Positions 41,802-52,726 are shown, counted from the stretch's first letter. The stretch is DNA of 64,000 bases from Nitrospirota bacterium (GCA_963749655.1 CAVVOB010000013.1:224001-288000), one strand, 5' to 3'. Numbers and translations are program-made. Notes: generated by a model from the letters alone, not told the origin.

Positions 41802-42509
41802 CTACCCTTTAAAGAGAAAGTGCACGAGAATGGCAAGGATGTCATTCCCGAGAAGAAAGTACAGAACAGGTTGCACAATAGGCCATATGAGATAGCCGAG
41901 AATATTGAATGCAAAGAGCGCCATGATGATGAGCATGCCGAAGGGCTCGAGGCGGTAGTAGGTGCGCCCAAGCTGGTCCGGCAGGAGCCAGTATACGATC
42001 CTGCTCCCGTCAAGCGGCGGGATGGGAATCAGGTTCAGGATGGCCAGGCCGACGTTGATGAGCACGCCGTATCCGAGCATCAGGACCAGGGGCAGGCCGA
42101 ACCATTCCCAGGCCGACGGGGGGATGAAGCCTTCAAAAAGCGGCAGCACGACACGCAGAAAGAACGAGAACGTGACAGCCATGACAAGGTTGATCCCGGG
42201 ACCGGCCAGCGAAGAGAGGGCCATGCCCTTTTTCGGGTCCTTGAAGTTGTACGGATTGATCGGGACCGGCTTCGCATACCCGAACACCAGCCTGCCGGAC
42301 GACAGCAGGAAAAGCATCACCGGCATGATGATCGTGCCGAACAGGTCGATGTGCGAGATGGGATTCAGGGTGAGCCTGCCCATGTCGCGGGCCGTATGGT
42401 CGCCGAGCTTGTTTGCGATCCAGCCGTGCGCCACCTCGTGCAGCACGATCGCGAACACGAGCGGCAGGGCCATGACGGCGATTTTTTGAATTGTGTTGAG
42501 TTCTTCCAT
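41802..42509 (-). CDS. Site-2 protease (M50) family protein
   Basis: HEVAH, AGPGIN, NLIPIPPLDG. Confidence 0.93.
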   Translation of the reverse strand: MEELNTIQKIAVMALPLVFAIVLHEVAHGWIANKLGDHTARDMGRLTLNPISHIDLFGTIIMPVMLFLLSSGRLVFGYAKPVPINPYNFKDPKKGMALSSLAGPGINLVMAVTFSFFLRVVLPLFEGFIPPSAWEWFGLPLVLMLGYGVLINVGLAILNLIPIPPLDGSRIVYWLLPDQLGRTYYRLEPFGMLIIMALFAFNILGYLIWPIVQPVLYFLLGNDILAILVHFLFKG

Positions 42510-42691
42510 AATTGACAGTTACCTGTGAAACTATTTTCCACACAAAGGCACGAAGGCACGGAGAAAGACAAATTGAATTAGCGCCTTCGGCATTTCTCTG
42601 TGCGCTCTGTGTCGAGATATTTTTCGTTTGTGATCGAAAGCTGATAGTAAAAGAAAGAGCGGCATCCTGTCAAGAAAAAACAGGGCGGGCA

Positions 42692-44617
42692 TCACTTTTC
42701 GCCGGTGTAGAGAACGAATTTGCCGTCCCGGACCGTGATGAGGAAGGGTGTTTTCCTGGCTTCACCGGTCCCGGCAAAGGACGTGATGCCGGTGATGCCG
42801 TGGAAGTCCTTGAGGGTGGACAGACCGTCTTTGATTGCCTGCGGTGTGTCCTTGTGCTCCTTGAGGAGCGACAGTACCATGGAGGTGGAATCATAGGCCT
42901 GGGCCGCCAGGATATCCGGGTCATCCTGGTAGGCCGAACGGTAGGCGTCGATGACGGACTTGATCGACGGGTCTTCGCTCTCGGGGAAGAAGCCGTCGAC
43001 GAACAGGGCGCCCTCGACATGGCGCTGGGCTCGTTCGATCAGGTCCTGCGAATGCCAGTTGTTCGATCCGATCATGGTGATGCCGGTGATGTTGTAGAAC
43101 GCAAGCTGGGGTATCAGCAGGCCGACCCGCTCTGCGTACCCCGGGAGGTAGATGGCCCCGAAGCCCGGCGTGTAGTCCTGGAAAAGCTGCTTGCGCGCCG
43201 CATCGTCCTCGGGGATCTCGATCCTGCGCGAGCGGAGGTCGATTTCCATCAGCCTCCTGATATAGGGGCCGAAGTCCTTGACGTCGGGCGGGTAGGCGAT
43301 CGACGCAAGGATGTCCGCCTTGCGGTCCAGATCGCGCGTGAATGTTCTGGTCAGGTCCTTGCCGTAGGCGTCGTCGGGATAGAAGATCACGATCTTGTTC
43401 GGCTTGAGCTTCACGGCGAACTGCGCGGCTTCGGCAGCCTGGCTCGAATTCGTGAGCGCGTTGCGGAAGAGCCACGGACTGATCCTGCCGATCCCTTCAC
43501 CGGAAGCCGCGGGAGTGATCGCCGGGATCATCCGTTTGTCCAGCATCGGCGCAAGGGCCTCGGCTTCCTTGGTCATGAGGGGTCCGATGACCGCAACGGC
43601 GCCGGCTGAAGCCAGATCGTTCAGCGCGGCGACGGCCTTTTCAGGAGAGCCTTCCGTGTCCTTGACTGTGAGTTCTACCCGCTCCTGGGGGTTCTGCAGG
43701 TTGTACAGGTGGATCGCGAGCTGGATGCCTTTGAGCACCCGGTCGCCGAAGAAGGCGAGCTGCCCGGACTGGGGAAGGAGCGCCCCGATCATGTACCGGG
43801 GGGCGGTCAGCTTCGCTGTCGCGTCGTTCAGCAGCATTTCGGCGCGCGTTTTTTCGGGGTGGTCGGGGTACCGTTCGAGGAATACCTTGGCGACCGCGAC
43901 GGCGTCGGCGTACCGGCGCTGTTCGATCAGGAGCCCTGCAAGGCGGAGCCGTGCAAGGTCCGCGGGATAGGGCGTTCCCACCGCGAGCGTTTTGAGGTCG
44001 TCTTCGGCGAGGTCCTTTTCGATGATCTCCCGGACCCGGTCGCGGTAGCCTGACCGCTGGGCGTCGCTGGCCGCGTTCAGGGCCAGGTAGGCGTATTCCC
44101 TGGTTGCGGGAACGTAGTTCTTTTTTGCATTGTATGCAACGGCGAGCATTTCCGAAATGCGCAGCAGCTGGACAGGGTCGGTGATCCTGCTCCGGTCCTC
44201 GAGGTTTGCGATTGCCGAATCATACTCCTTAAGCTCGAAATAGCATTGACCGAGCCTGGATTTCGCAGGGATGAGGAAAGGGGAAGCGGGAAATTCCTGG
44301 ATCAGCTCCTTGTAGAAGGCGAGCGCCTTCGTATAGTCGCGCTGCGTAAAGCGGATGTCTCCCAGAAGGGAGAGCGCCCGGTCCCGGTACCTGCTCGTGG
44401 GATACTGGTACAGGAACGTGTCCGCGGTCTTCACCGCCTGTCCGTACTGTTTTTTAGCGACCAGGCTGTCTGCCTGGTCAAGCAGCGCACGGGCGTCCTT
44501 TTCCCATATCGGCTCGGGAACCAGCTTGGGCGCGCAGCCCGTCTGGAGGATCGCCGCCAGGCAGACAAACACGACAAGGGTGACAACTGCGGTCAATCGG
44601 ACGCGCCGGAAGGGCAT
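42692..44617 (-). CDS. TPR/BamD-like plus PBP1-fold lipoprotein (LpoA/LppC-like activator)
   Basis: Lipobox QTGC, TPR repeats, IGALLPQSG, VIGPL, AAQAYD. Confidence 0.85.
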   Translation of the reverse strand: MPFRRVRLTAVVTLVVFVCLAAILQTGCAPKLVPEPIWEKDARALLDQADSLVAKKQYGQAVKTADTFLYQYPTSRYRDRALSLLGDIRFTQRDYTKALAFYKELIQEFPASPFLIPAKSRLGQCYFELKEYDSAIANLEDRSRITDPVQLLRISEMLAVAYNAKKNYVPATREYAYLALNAASDAQRSGYRDRVREIIEKDLAEDDLKTLAVGTPYPADLARLRLAGLLIEQRRYADAVAVAKVFLERYPDHPEKTRAEMLLNDATAKLTAPRYMIGALLPQSGQLAFFGDRVLKGIQLAIHLYNLQNPQERVELTVKDTEGSPEKAVAALNDLASAGAVAVIGPLMTKEAEALAPMLDKRMIPAITPAASGEGIGRISPWLFRNALTNSSQAAEAAQFAVKLKPNKIVIFYPDDAYGKDLTRTFTRDLDRKADILASIAYPPDVKDFGPYIRRLMEIDLRSRRIEIPEDDAARKQLFQDYTPGFGAIYLPGYAERVGLLIPQLAFYNITGITMIGSNNWHSQDLIERAQRHVEGALFVDGFFPESEDPSIKSVIDAYRSAYQDDPDILAAQAYDSTSMVLSLLKEHKDTPQAIKDGLSTLKDFHGITGITSFAGTGEARKTPFLITVRDGKFVLYTGEK

Positions 44618-44620
44618 CGG

Positions 44621-44731
44621 TTACTTACCTTTTTTGGCCGCTGCTTCGGCTTTCGCTGCCTTGTTCCGTCCCCGGAGGGTCTCTTCCCGCCGCTTCCTTC
44701 TCCGTTTAATCTCTTTCTGTCTCTCACGCAT
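44621..44731 (-). CDS. 36-aa basic protein (DUF6800-like), absent from the ORF track
   Basis: MRERQKEIKRRRKRREETLRGRNKAAKAEAAAKKGK; AAGGAG SD; own promoter. Confidence 0.75.
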   Translation of the reverse strand: MRERQKEIKRRRKRREETLRGRNKAAKAEAAAKKGK

Positions 44732-44778
44732 GATTATGCACTCCTTTCACCTGAAAATCCGATTCACAAAGCCTGCAC

Positions 44779-44807
44779 ACTATAACGGAGATGGAGTAAT
44801 TTGTCAA
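44779..44807 (-). promoter_or_regulatory. sigma70 promoter
   Basis: TTGACA-17-TATAGT. Confidence 0.75.
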
Positions 44808-44951
44808 TAAGGGACAGCGTGATACCGCATCCCGCAGCGCTCCCGGCCCCCTTGGGTTGGATCCCTGTTCTCCAAGATTTTTCTTGATTTCTTCAGGCTG
44901 ATAGATTAGATTATAGCCGCTTCCACGTCGTAACTGTCCATGACCGACCGG

Positions 44952-45009
<58 letters not shown>

Positions 45010-45027
<18 letters not shown>

Positions 45028-45255
45028 AAATAAAACAAAGCTGGTCGCTCTTGACCGGCTTTTTTTATTTTCATGAGAGGCGATCGAACCAAAGGGAGTT
45101 TGAGGGAAAGGATTTCCCTCATGTTTCGGGAGAGACCACGAGAGGGCAGGCCCTTTCGTGAAGCGAAGCGCGTGAGATTCCCCTTCTCGTCCACCAAAAT
45201 AAAACAAAGCTGGTCGCTCTTGACCGGCTTTTTTTATTTTCATGAGAGGCGATCG
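45010..45255 (+). repeat. 77-bp direct repeat of tRNA 3' end plus terminator (45010-45086, 45179-45255)
   Basis: Identical copies, 169-bp period. Confidence 0.9.
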
Positions 45256-45428
45256 TAAGACATCATCCTCGGCATCAGTATGGCCGCCTCGCTCTCCGAT
45301 AGAACTGCTGAAAGCAAGCAGGCCCTGCATAGACAGGGCCTGCTTTTGTTGAAGCATATGTCCAAGGCCGCGCTCGTCCTACCTTGCAACCGGACCCGAT
45401 CGATGATATCCTCAGGGCGAGGTGCGAA

Positions 45429-46268
45429 ATGCGAAAATTACTTCTTTTCGTTTGCCTGTTTTCGATGCTGCTTTTTTCCTGTGCTTTCAGGGCAAAACCG
45501 GCTGATCCGGATCAGTTGCCGGCCGAGCTGATGCTCAGGTCCGGGCTGGAGAAACAATTGGAACAGGTTTCCCGGACCATGCAGGCTGTACTGGATCGGT
45601 CCCGGGCACAGGATCTTTTGACGAAGAGCTTCCCGCAAAGCGAGTTCGACGAACTCAGCCGCCAGATGGAAGCAGCCTTTGATGCACGATCGCTGAAAGG
45701 GGTTGTCCAAAAGCGCATCGTGTCGGACTTGACGGAGAGCGACATCCGGACCGTTCTGGCGTGGCTGAATTCGCCGCTCGGCCGCAGGATCACGAAGATC
45801 GAAGAAGAGGCGTCATCTCCTGAGGCATATGCCCAAAGACAGGCGGCGGGCGGCACGACTGCAGGAGATGGAGACCGCATTGCACGGCTGAGAAAGCTCG
45901 ATAAGGCCGTAAACGGCACAGAGTCCGCACTCAATGCCGCATTGAGCATGCAGGTCGCGCTCCTGACCGCGGTGAGCACGGAGCTTCCTCCGGAGCAAAG
46001 ATCTTCGGTGGATGAGATCGTGGACATCGTAAAGCAGACAACACCGGACTGGCGCACAGAGGCGGAGCAGCAGATTATTGTGTACTATCTCGATACGTAC
46101 AGGGCGCTGTCTGACGTTGAACTCGATCAATACCTCGCCTTTGCCGAATCGGCATCAGGCCGGAAGTATCATTCCGCCATGATGGCCGGAGTGATGGATT
46201 CGATGCTCGAGGCCTCGCGCGAATTGGGGCGCCGGATAGGCCAGAGGCCGGTTCAGAAGCGGCCGTAG
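45429..46268 (+). CDS. DUF2059-like exported protein or lipoprotein
   Basis: LFSC lipobox-like; WLNSPLGRRI and FAESASGRKY duplicated motif. Confidence 0.75.
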   Translation: MRKLLLFVCLFSMLLFSCAFRAKPADPDQLPAELMLRSGLEKQLEQVSRTMQAVLDRSRAQDLLTKSFPQSEFDELSRQMEAAFDARSLKGVVQKRIVSDLTESDIRTVLAWLNSPLGRRITKIEEEASSPEAYAQRQAAGGTTAGDGDRIARLRKLDKAVNGTESALNAALSMQVALLTAVSTELPPEQRSSVDEIVDIVKQTTPDWRTEAEQQIIVYYLDTYRALSDVELDQYLAFAESASGRKYHSAMMAGVMDSMLEASRELGRRIGQRPVQKRP

Positions 46269-46426
46269 CAGTTTTTTTTCCGCTGCCGACGCTTCCACCG
46301 TTCCCGTGCCCGCCAATACATACCTTCCTGTCGCGTGCAGCCTGATTTCCCGCAGATTGTAAGTACCTCTCTCCGTTCGAGGAGACAGCCTTTCCTTTTT
46401 AAGGATCTTAAAAAGACCAGGTATTC

Positions 46427-47578
46427 CTAAGGTCTTTTCCTCTCCACGAGTCCCAGGGAGAAGGGAAGAAGAAGGACGAGGCAGCCGAGTAAGACCACGC
46501 CGGGCCAGCCGGTCTTCATGTAGACCGAGCCGGTGACGGTAATGCCGATCGCCCCTCCGAGATAATAAAACAGGACATAAAGGGAATTCGCGCGACCCTG
46601 GTTTGAGGTGAGTCTGCGGTTGAGCGAACCCACGGCAGCGGCATGAACGGCGAAGAAGGAGCCGCAGATTCCGGCCAGGCAGAAGGCGATCACGATCAGG
46701 GACTTGACGAGCGTGAGCGTTATGCATAGCCCGAGCACTGCCGCACCCAGGGCCATGGTAGTGCCGTTGCCGATCCGGTTGCTGAGCTTTCCTGCGAGCG
46801 GGCCGGCGGCGATCCCGGCGATGTAGGATAGATAGAGCAGCGTAATCACTCCGGTGCCCGTGTGGAAGGGAGGGCCGGAAAGATAGAAAGGCAGAAAATT
46901 GAAGATCGATGAAAAGACAAAGAAAGAGCTGAACGCCACGAGGTAGGCGGGAGCAAGTTCTTTTCGGGTGACCAGATCGATAAAATTGGCCGGACGCGCG
47001 GTTGCCGCACTGCTCCGCCTATCAGCGGGCAGCCAGCGGACCGCGGCAAAGGTCGCCGCCAGCAGGAACGCAGAGGCGCTTACGAAGGCGTACCGCCAGT
47101 GCAGCGGCGGATGAAGCCACCCGCCGAGAAGCCGTCCTCCAAGTCCTCCGGCCACCGTGGCTGATACATAAGAACCCATTACCACATTGAGCCGTTCCAG
47201 GGGCAGGCTCCTTGCCAGATAAGCGGCAAGACAGGTCGTCACCGCGGGGATGAAAAGACCCTGGACAAAGCGCGCGGCGATCAGAAGTTCGAGGCTCGCA
47301 GTTGCCGCACAGAAGAAGCCGCAGAGGCTGACCACGATGCCGCCGACAAGTATGATCGGCTTGATTGCGTACCGGTCCGCAAGCATGCCGAAGGGCAGGT
47401 TGGCGAGGGCGATCCCGAGGATGACCGCCGATATGGTGAGCGAGGCCCCGGTCGCGTCAGCGCCGAATTCGCGCTGCAGCACGGGCAGGACGGGCTGGGT
47501 GATGTAAACGTTTGTGATGGCCGCCATGCCCAGGGAGAAGACGAGCAGTTGGAGGTTCGGAGGCGTGTCTGGCTTCAT
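46427..47578 (-). CDS. MFS transporter (YnfM-like)
   Basis: GMLADRY, RFVQG, SLYVLFYYLG; about 12 TM. Confidence 0.9.
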   Translation of the reverse strand: MKPDTPPNLQLLVFSLGMAAITNVYITQPVLPVLQREFGADATGASLTISAVILGIALANLPFGMLADRYAIKPIILVGGIVVSLCGFFCAATASLELLIAARFVQGLFIPAVTTCLAAYLARSLPLERLNVVMGSYVSATVAGGLGGRLLGGWLHPPLHWRYAFVSASAFLLAATFAAVRWLPADRRSSAATARPANFIDLVTRKELAPAYLVAFSSFFVFSSIFNFLPFYLSGPPFHTGTGVITLLYLSYIAGIAAGPLAGKLSNRIGNGTTMALGAAVLGLCITLTLVKSLIVIAFCLAGICGSFFAVHAAAVGSLNRRLTSNQGRANSLYVLFYYLGGAIGITVTGSVYMKTGWPGVVLLGCLVLLLPFSLGLVERKRP

Positions 47579-47819
47579 GATGAGTGACCTTTTCCTGCAC
47601 TGGCAATCGGGCACGATCCGGACCCCTTGGGGTGCTGCTTTCCCGCGAGGGGCCTGCATTCATTCTACCCTATTTCAGCGTACGCGGTGCTCACCCCTCT
47701 GCAGAGCAACCGATCCGTTTATCGGGATATGAAGTATCGCGGTTTCTTTTATCTTCAGGTCAATTTTCCGGCAATAGCAGGTCACATCGAGCAAGGCAGG
47801 GCACGGTGCGGCAAGGAGC

Positions 47820-49322
47820 TCACTCTTCGCGAAAAGCTTCCTCGCGTTTTTTGTACAGGGCCGGGATGCTCGCGGCAAGGATCGCCAGAACGCCGAGCGC
47901 CAGCAGTGTCGCGCTGATCGGACGGGTTATGAACACCATGGGGTCGCCCCGCGAGAGCAGCAGGGCTCGGCGCAGATATTCTTCCATCATCGGGCCGAGG
48001 ATGAAGGCGAGCAGCATGGGCGCCGGTTCGCAGTCCAGTTTCGTGAACAGGTATCCCAGCAGCCCGAACAACGCCATGAGGTAAATGTCGAACTCGGTAT
48101 TCTTCAGGCTGAACACGCCGATGCCGCAGAACACCAGAATCGCCGGAAACAGGATATGGTAGGGGATCATGATGATCCGCACCCACATCCCGATCAGGGG
48201 AAGGTTCAGGATGATCAGGAACAGGTTGCCGATCCACATGGAAGCGATGATGCCCCAGAACAGCGCCGGCTGCTCGGTCATGACCGAGGGCCCGGGCGTT
48301 ATCCCCTGGATGATCATGGCGCCGACCATGAGCGCCATCACGGGATTGGAGGGGATGCCCAGGGTCAGCATGGGAATGAACGAGGTCTGGGCTCCGGCGT
48401 TGTTGGCCGATTCGGGCGCGGCAACGCCTTCAATTGCGCCCTTGCCGAACTGCGCGGAATGTTTCGAGACCTTCTTTTCGATGGAGTAGGCGGCAAAAGC
48501 CCCCAGGATGGAGCCGCTGCCCGGCAGGATGCCCAGAGCCGATCCGATGGCGGTCCCGCGCAGGATCGGGGCGACCATGCGCTTCCAGTCCTCTTTGGTC
48601 GGCATCAGGCTCGTGATCTTCGTTACTTCCGAGGTTCCGTCTTCCGCCCGCTCCAGGTTGCGGATGATCTCTGCGAGGCCGAACATGCCCATGGCGACAA
48701 CAACGAAGCCGATGCCGTCGGTGAGCTGCGGAATGCCGAAGGTGTAGCGCTGCATGCCGGAGTTGATGTCCATGCCGACGAGCCCGAGAAGCAGGCCGAG
48801 CACGACCATGCCGACGGCGTGCAGCAGCGATCCCTGGGCCAGCACCACCGAGGCGAGCAGGCCCAGCACCATGAGCGAAAAATAGTCGGCCGGGCCGAAC
48901 TTGAGCGCCACTTCGGCGAGCGGCGGGGCGAACAATGCGAGCAGAAAGGTCGCGACCGTTCCCGCAAAAAAGGAGCCGACGGCCGCGGCAGTCAGCGCCA
49001 CGCCCGCCCGTCCCTGGCGGGCCATTTGATACCCGTCCAGCGTGGTGACGACCGAAGCCGCTTCGCCCGGCACGTTTACGAGAATGGAGGTCGTGGAGCC
49101 GCCGTACTGGGAACCGTAGTAGATGCCTGCCAGCATGATCAGGGCGGAGACCGGCGGGAGGGTGAACGTGACCGGCAGCAGCATGGCAATGGTGGCGGTC
49201 GGTCCGAGTCCGGGCAGCACGCCGATGAGCGTGCCGAGAAAAACACCCAGGAAGCAGTACAGCAGATTCGTCGGAGTGACCGCTGTAGCGAAACCTAATG
49301 CGAGGTGGGAAATGAGTTCCAT
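47820..49322 (-). CDS. tctA: Tripartite tricarboxylate transporter large subunit
   Basis: GVLPGLG, NVPGE, APESANN, LTLGIP. Confidence 0.95.
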   Translation of the reverse strand: MELISHLALGFATAVTPTNLLYCFLGVFLGTLIGVLPGLGPTATIAMLLPVTFTLPPVSALIMLAGIYYGSQYGGSTTSILVNVPGEAASVVTTLDGYQMARQGRAGVALTAAAVGSFFAGTVATFLLALFAPPLAEVALKFGPADYFSLMVLGLLASVVLAQGSLLHAVGMVVLGLLLGLVGMDINSGMQRYTFGIPQLTDGIGFVVVAMGMFGLAEIIRNLERAEDGTSEVTKITSLMPTKEDWKRMVAPILRGTAIGSALGILPGSGSILGAFAAYSIEKKVSKHSAQFGKGAIEGVAAPESANNAGAQTSFIPMLTLGIPSNPVMALMVGAMIIQGITPGPSVMTEQPALFWGIIASMWIGNLFLIILNLPLIGMWVRIIMIPYHILFPAILVFCGIGVFSLKNTEFDIYLMALFGLLGYLFTKLDCEPAPMLLAFILGPMMEEYLRRALLLSRGDPMVFITRPISATLLALGVLAILAASIPALYKKREEAFREE

Positions 49323-49372
49323 GCGTCCTGCCTAACCCGGACAAGCCGGAAACAAACAAAAGACAAAACCGT

Positions 49373-49469
49373 CTCGCGCAAAGACGCCAAGTTCGCAAAG
49401 AAAGGCAGAATCACAGGCTTTAAGACCGAGACCTGGATTTCCTTTGCGTCCTTTGCGACTTTGCGCGAA
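49373..49469. repeat. 9-mer-periodic inverted repeat
   Basis: CGCAAAGACGCCAAGTTCGCAAAG / CTTTGCGTCCTTTGCGACTTTGCG. Confidence 0.8.
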
Positions 49470-49510
49470 ATTATTTATTTTTATAAGAATCACCAATTCA
49501 GTGTTAGATA

Positions 49511-49966
49511 TTATCCGCCGAACCACGGACCCAGAATGGGCAGCGGAATGCCCAGACCCTTCAGGAATATCAAAATACAGCTCACGGTCAGCACGAGAGC
49601 CATGGTGAGCGAAGTTCTCCATCTGAACATACTGCTGGCATAGGCACTGATGATGACGAGGGCGGGCAAGGCGACGGCCAGGCCGGCGCCGCGGACGATA
49701 AGGCCGAATACGAGTGTTGCGCCGGGGACCAGCACGAGACCCTTGACCGTTATTCTGCCGACGGGAGTGCCCGGCCGGATGAACGAACGCGCCAGGGAGA
49801 TGATTCCGATCACGATCAGAAGGATGCTGAGAACGACGGGGAAGAAGGCCGGTCCCATTTTGCGCGGGGTGCCCATGCCGTAGTCGCGGCCGATGATGAT
49901 CGCGGCGGCGCCGAAGGCTATATAGATCAACCCGGTCCAGAAATCTTTCGGATTGCGTGATGACAT
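49511..49966 (-). CDS. tctB: Tripartite tricarboxylate transporter small subunit
   Basis: MGPAFFP, LGIPLP, TM helices. Confidence 0.92.
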   Translation of the reverse strand: MSSRNPKDFWTGLIYIAFGAAAIIIGRDYGMGTPRKMGPAFFPVVLSILLIVIGIISLARSFIRPGTPVGRITVKGLVLVPGATLVFGLIVRGAGLAVALPALVIISAYASSMFRWRTSLTMALVLTVSCILIFLKGLGIPLPILGPWFGG

Positions 49967-50025
49967 GGCTTCTCTGTCCAGTTCTTCGTTTTGCCGCAAC
50001 GGCAAGCAAGATCAAAAATAAATGT

Positions 50026-50087
50026 TGACGGGATAACAGGATCAAATCAAATACATAAAGGTATCCTGTAAATCCTGTTATCCTGTC
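50026..50087. repeat. Periodic ACAGGAT/ATCCTGT inverted repeat
   Basis: GACGGGATAACAGGAT ... ATCCTGTAAATCCTGTTATCCTGTC. Confidence 0.65.
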
Positions 50088-50114
50088 GAATGAGTATTTT
50101 GTCGTGTCCCGGAC

Positions 50115-51089
50115 TTAATCCGCGTAAACGCCGGCCTTCTTGATGATCGGCGCCCACTTGTCGATCTCGGCCTTGAGGTGCTTGCGCAGCGCTTCGGGCG
50201 TGGCGGCTTCTTTTGACGCCGGTACCGTGCCCAGGTCGTCAAAACGTTTTATCAGCGTAGGATTCGCGAGCGCTGTCTGCAATGCGTTGACGAGCTTGTC
50301 AATAATGGGTTTCGGCGTTCCCTTCGGCGCGTACAGGCCCTGCCACACCGAGACCTCGAAACCGGGCAATCCGGCCTCCTGCAGCGTCGGCACGTCGGGC
50401 AGCGCGGAAACCCGTTTTTTGGTCGTCACGCCGTAGACCTTGACCTTGCCGGCCTTGATCTGACTCACGGTGTTGCTGGTCTGGTCGCACATGAAATCCA
50501 CCTGGCCGCCGAGTAGGTCGTTCATGGCCGGGCCCGTGCCTTTATAGGGAATGGTCGTGAAGTCCGTCTGGATCGCCGACATGAAGAGCATGCCGCAGAG
50601 GTGCGAAGCGGCGCCCAGCCCGGCATTGGCCATGTTGACCTTCTCCTTGTTGGCTTTGATGTAGGCGATCATTTCCTTGAGGTCCTTGGCCGGAAAATCC
50701 TTGCGCGCGACCAGCGTCATCGCCACGTCGCCGATCATGCCGATGGGTTCGAAATCATTGATCGTGTCATAGGGCAGCTTGCGGTAGAGTGAGGGGGCCG
50801 TGGAAAAACCGATATGGTGGAAGAAGATCGTGTAACCGTCGGGCGGGGAACCGGCCACCCGCGTAGCAGCCACAGTGCCTCCTGCGCCGGCCACATTCTC
50901 CACGATGACCTGGGTTTTGAGCGCTTCACCCATGTACTGGGCGAGCAAACGGGCCGAGGTATCGGTCGGTCCTCCTGCAGAGAAGGGGACGATGATGGTG
51001 ATTACTTTTGAAGGATACTGCTCCGCATAGGCCTGTGACACACCGAGAGCAACAAGACAAACAAGCAGCTGCATCAGCTTCTTAAGCAT
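50115..51089 (-). CDS. tctC: TctC/Bug substrate-binding protein
   Basis: IVPFSAGGPTD, ENVAGAGG, PDGYT, PDVPT. Confidence 0.93.
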   Translation of the reverse strand: MLKKLMQLLVCLVALGVSQAYAEQYPSKVITIIVPFSAGGPTDTSARLLAQYMGEALKTQVIVENVAGAGGTVAATRVAGSPPDGYTIFFHHIGFSTAPSLYRKLPYDTINDFEPIGMIGDVAMTLVARKDFPAKDLKEMIAYIKANKEKVNMANAGLGAASHLCGMLFMSAIQTDFTTIPYKGTGPAMNDLLGGQVDFMCDQTSNTVSQIKAGKVKVYGVTTKKRVSALPDVPTLQEAGLPGFEVSVWQGLYAPKGTPKPIIDKLVNALQTALANPTLIKRFDDLGTVPASKEAATPEALRKHLKAEIDKWAPIIKKAGVYAD

Positions 51090-51340
51090 AGCCCACCTCC
51101 GTTATGGTATGGTTAGTGCCCGTTTATTCCGAGACAAATTCTTGCATCCTGTAGGGAAACTATAGGGAAATGCCTGATCAGTGTCAAGGGAATAAATTGA
51201 GCCGACAGGGCTGTCTTCATCAAATGAGGGTTGTTGATTCGGAAAGTCCCTTCGTAAAAAAAATCCTCTCCCGGCTCATGCCGGGAGAGGAAAGCGAAAC
51301 ACTGCTTTGCACAAGGTTTACCTGCGTCGCAGTCTGCCGG

Positions 51341-51892
51341 TTAATCCGATGCAACCACGAAATCACATCTTCTGTTCTTCTGCCAGCATGCTTCGGTGCC
51401 TTCGGTGCAGACCGGTTTTTCCTTGCCGTAGCTGATGAGGGAGATGCGGCTTCCCGCTGCACCCAGCCCGGCCAGATACTGTTTCGCGCTCGCTGCGCGC
51501 CGCTGGCCCAGGGCCTGGTTGTATTCATTGGCGCCCCGCTCGTCGCAGTTTCCTTCAATTTTGATCTTTGCCTTCGGATTCGCCTTGAGCCATTCCGCAT
51601 TCGCCTTCATCACCTCTCTGGCTTCGTCACGAATGCCCGATCTGTCGTAATCGAAATAGACAGGTTTCAACCCGGCTGCTGCCAGGGCCGAGCGCTCCTG
51701 CGAGTCCGCCGCAGCATCGCCGGTCTTTGCTGTGTCCGGGGCGGATGCCGCTGCCGGCGCCGCGGGAGCAGCCACTGTTTCCTGCTGAGCCTCCGGTGCG
51801 CTGGTCACTTCGGTTTTCTTCGGGCAACCCCACAAGGTCAGCGCCCCGCATACCAGTATCATCGTCATGAACAACATCTTTTTGTTCGTCAT
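51341..51892 (-). CDS. pal: Peptidoglycan-associated lipoprotein
   Basis: Lipobox LWGC; YFDYD, IEGNCDERG..EYN, SYGKEKP, NRR. Confidence 0.93.
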   Translation of the reverse strand: MTNKKMLFMTMILVCGALTLWGCPKKTEVTSAPEAQQETVAAPAAPAAASAPDTAKTGDAAADSQERSALAAAGLKPVYFDYDRSGIRDEAREVMKANAEWLKANPKAKIKIEGNCDERGANEYNQALGQRRAASAKQYLAGLGAAGSRISLISYGKEKPVCTEGTEACWQKNRRCDFVVASD

Positions 51893-52062
51893 CGTTTTCT
51901 CCTTTTGCTTGTGATTTAATTCATCGTGTTTGACCGCGCTCCGGACACGAACATCCATCCGGCGCAGCGACAGTAAACATGGTCATCTTCGGGCCGGCAC
52001 AATACCCGGTCATTTTCTGATGTCTGACTTCGTAACGGCTGTGGTTGGCTTTTCTGATTGAG

Positions 52063-52518
52063 CTAGGAGAGAAAAAAAGGCGGAGATACTCCGGTGCTGA
52101 AGAAATAGTAATCAGGGGATTGACGGTGGATCAGGTCCCGGGGAATATCGTAGGAGAACGCGATCGGCAGGGGGTGTTCAACGTCGCCTAGGGCGATGCA
52201 ACCGGTTCGGACGGGCGGGTTCACAAAAAACGCCTTTTCCGTCACGGCGCGTTTCTTTTTGACAAGGACCATGTCATCATCCGGCGCTGAATGTTGATAT
52301 TGTTCAACGCCGGTGCACACGAGACTGCGCCCCTCGTTGGTCAACGCGTCGAGTACGACATCCATCCAGAGGATCCCGACTTTGATGCTGCTGCACGATG
52401 CTCCTGCCGGTCCGGTCGCGTCAACCTGGTTCGGGAGAACCGCATAGAGCGGAGACAGCGCATAGGCGCTGAAGACGAGCAGGGTGATGACGGCACAGGA
52501 ATGAAATTTTTTGTGCAT
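52063..52518 (-). CDS. Hypothetical protein
   Basis: N-terminal hydrophobic segment, C-terminal STGVSPP. Confidence 0.55.
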   Translation of the reverse strand: MHKKFHSCAVITLLVFSAYALSPLYAVLPNQVDATGPAGASCSSIKVGILWMDVVLDALTNEGRSLVCTGVEQYQHSAPDDDMVLVKKKRAVTEKAFFVNPPVRTGCIALGDVEHPLPIAFSYDIPRDLIHRQSPDYYFFSTGVSPPFFLS

Positions 52519-52679
52519 AACGTCGGCATTATAATGCGGAACTTTAGCTGATGCAAGCGCTATTCTTACGACGGAACAATACCGGCAGCAATCGCATGCA
52601 TCGTGCATATCCAATTTTTTCTCCTCCGCAGAGTGGACGCCCGGTAATTCCTGCTCAAGCCCTTTTGACGCACCTGCTT

Positions 52680-52726
52680 CAATCCCGCGCCTTGGCATCC
52701 TCCGGCTCCTGCCGGGGGTGGAAAGC
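52680..52726 (+). repeat. Structured element, truncated copy B
   Basis: Near-identical to the 5' part of 54747-54949. Confidence 0.8.
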
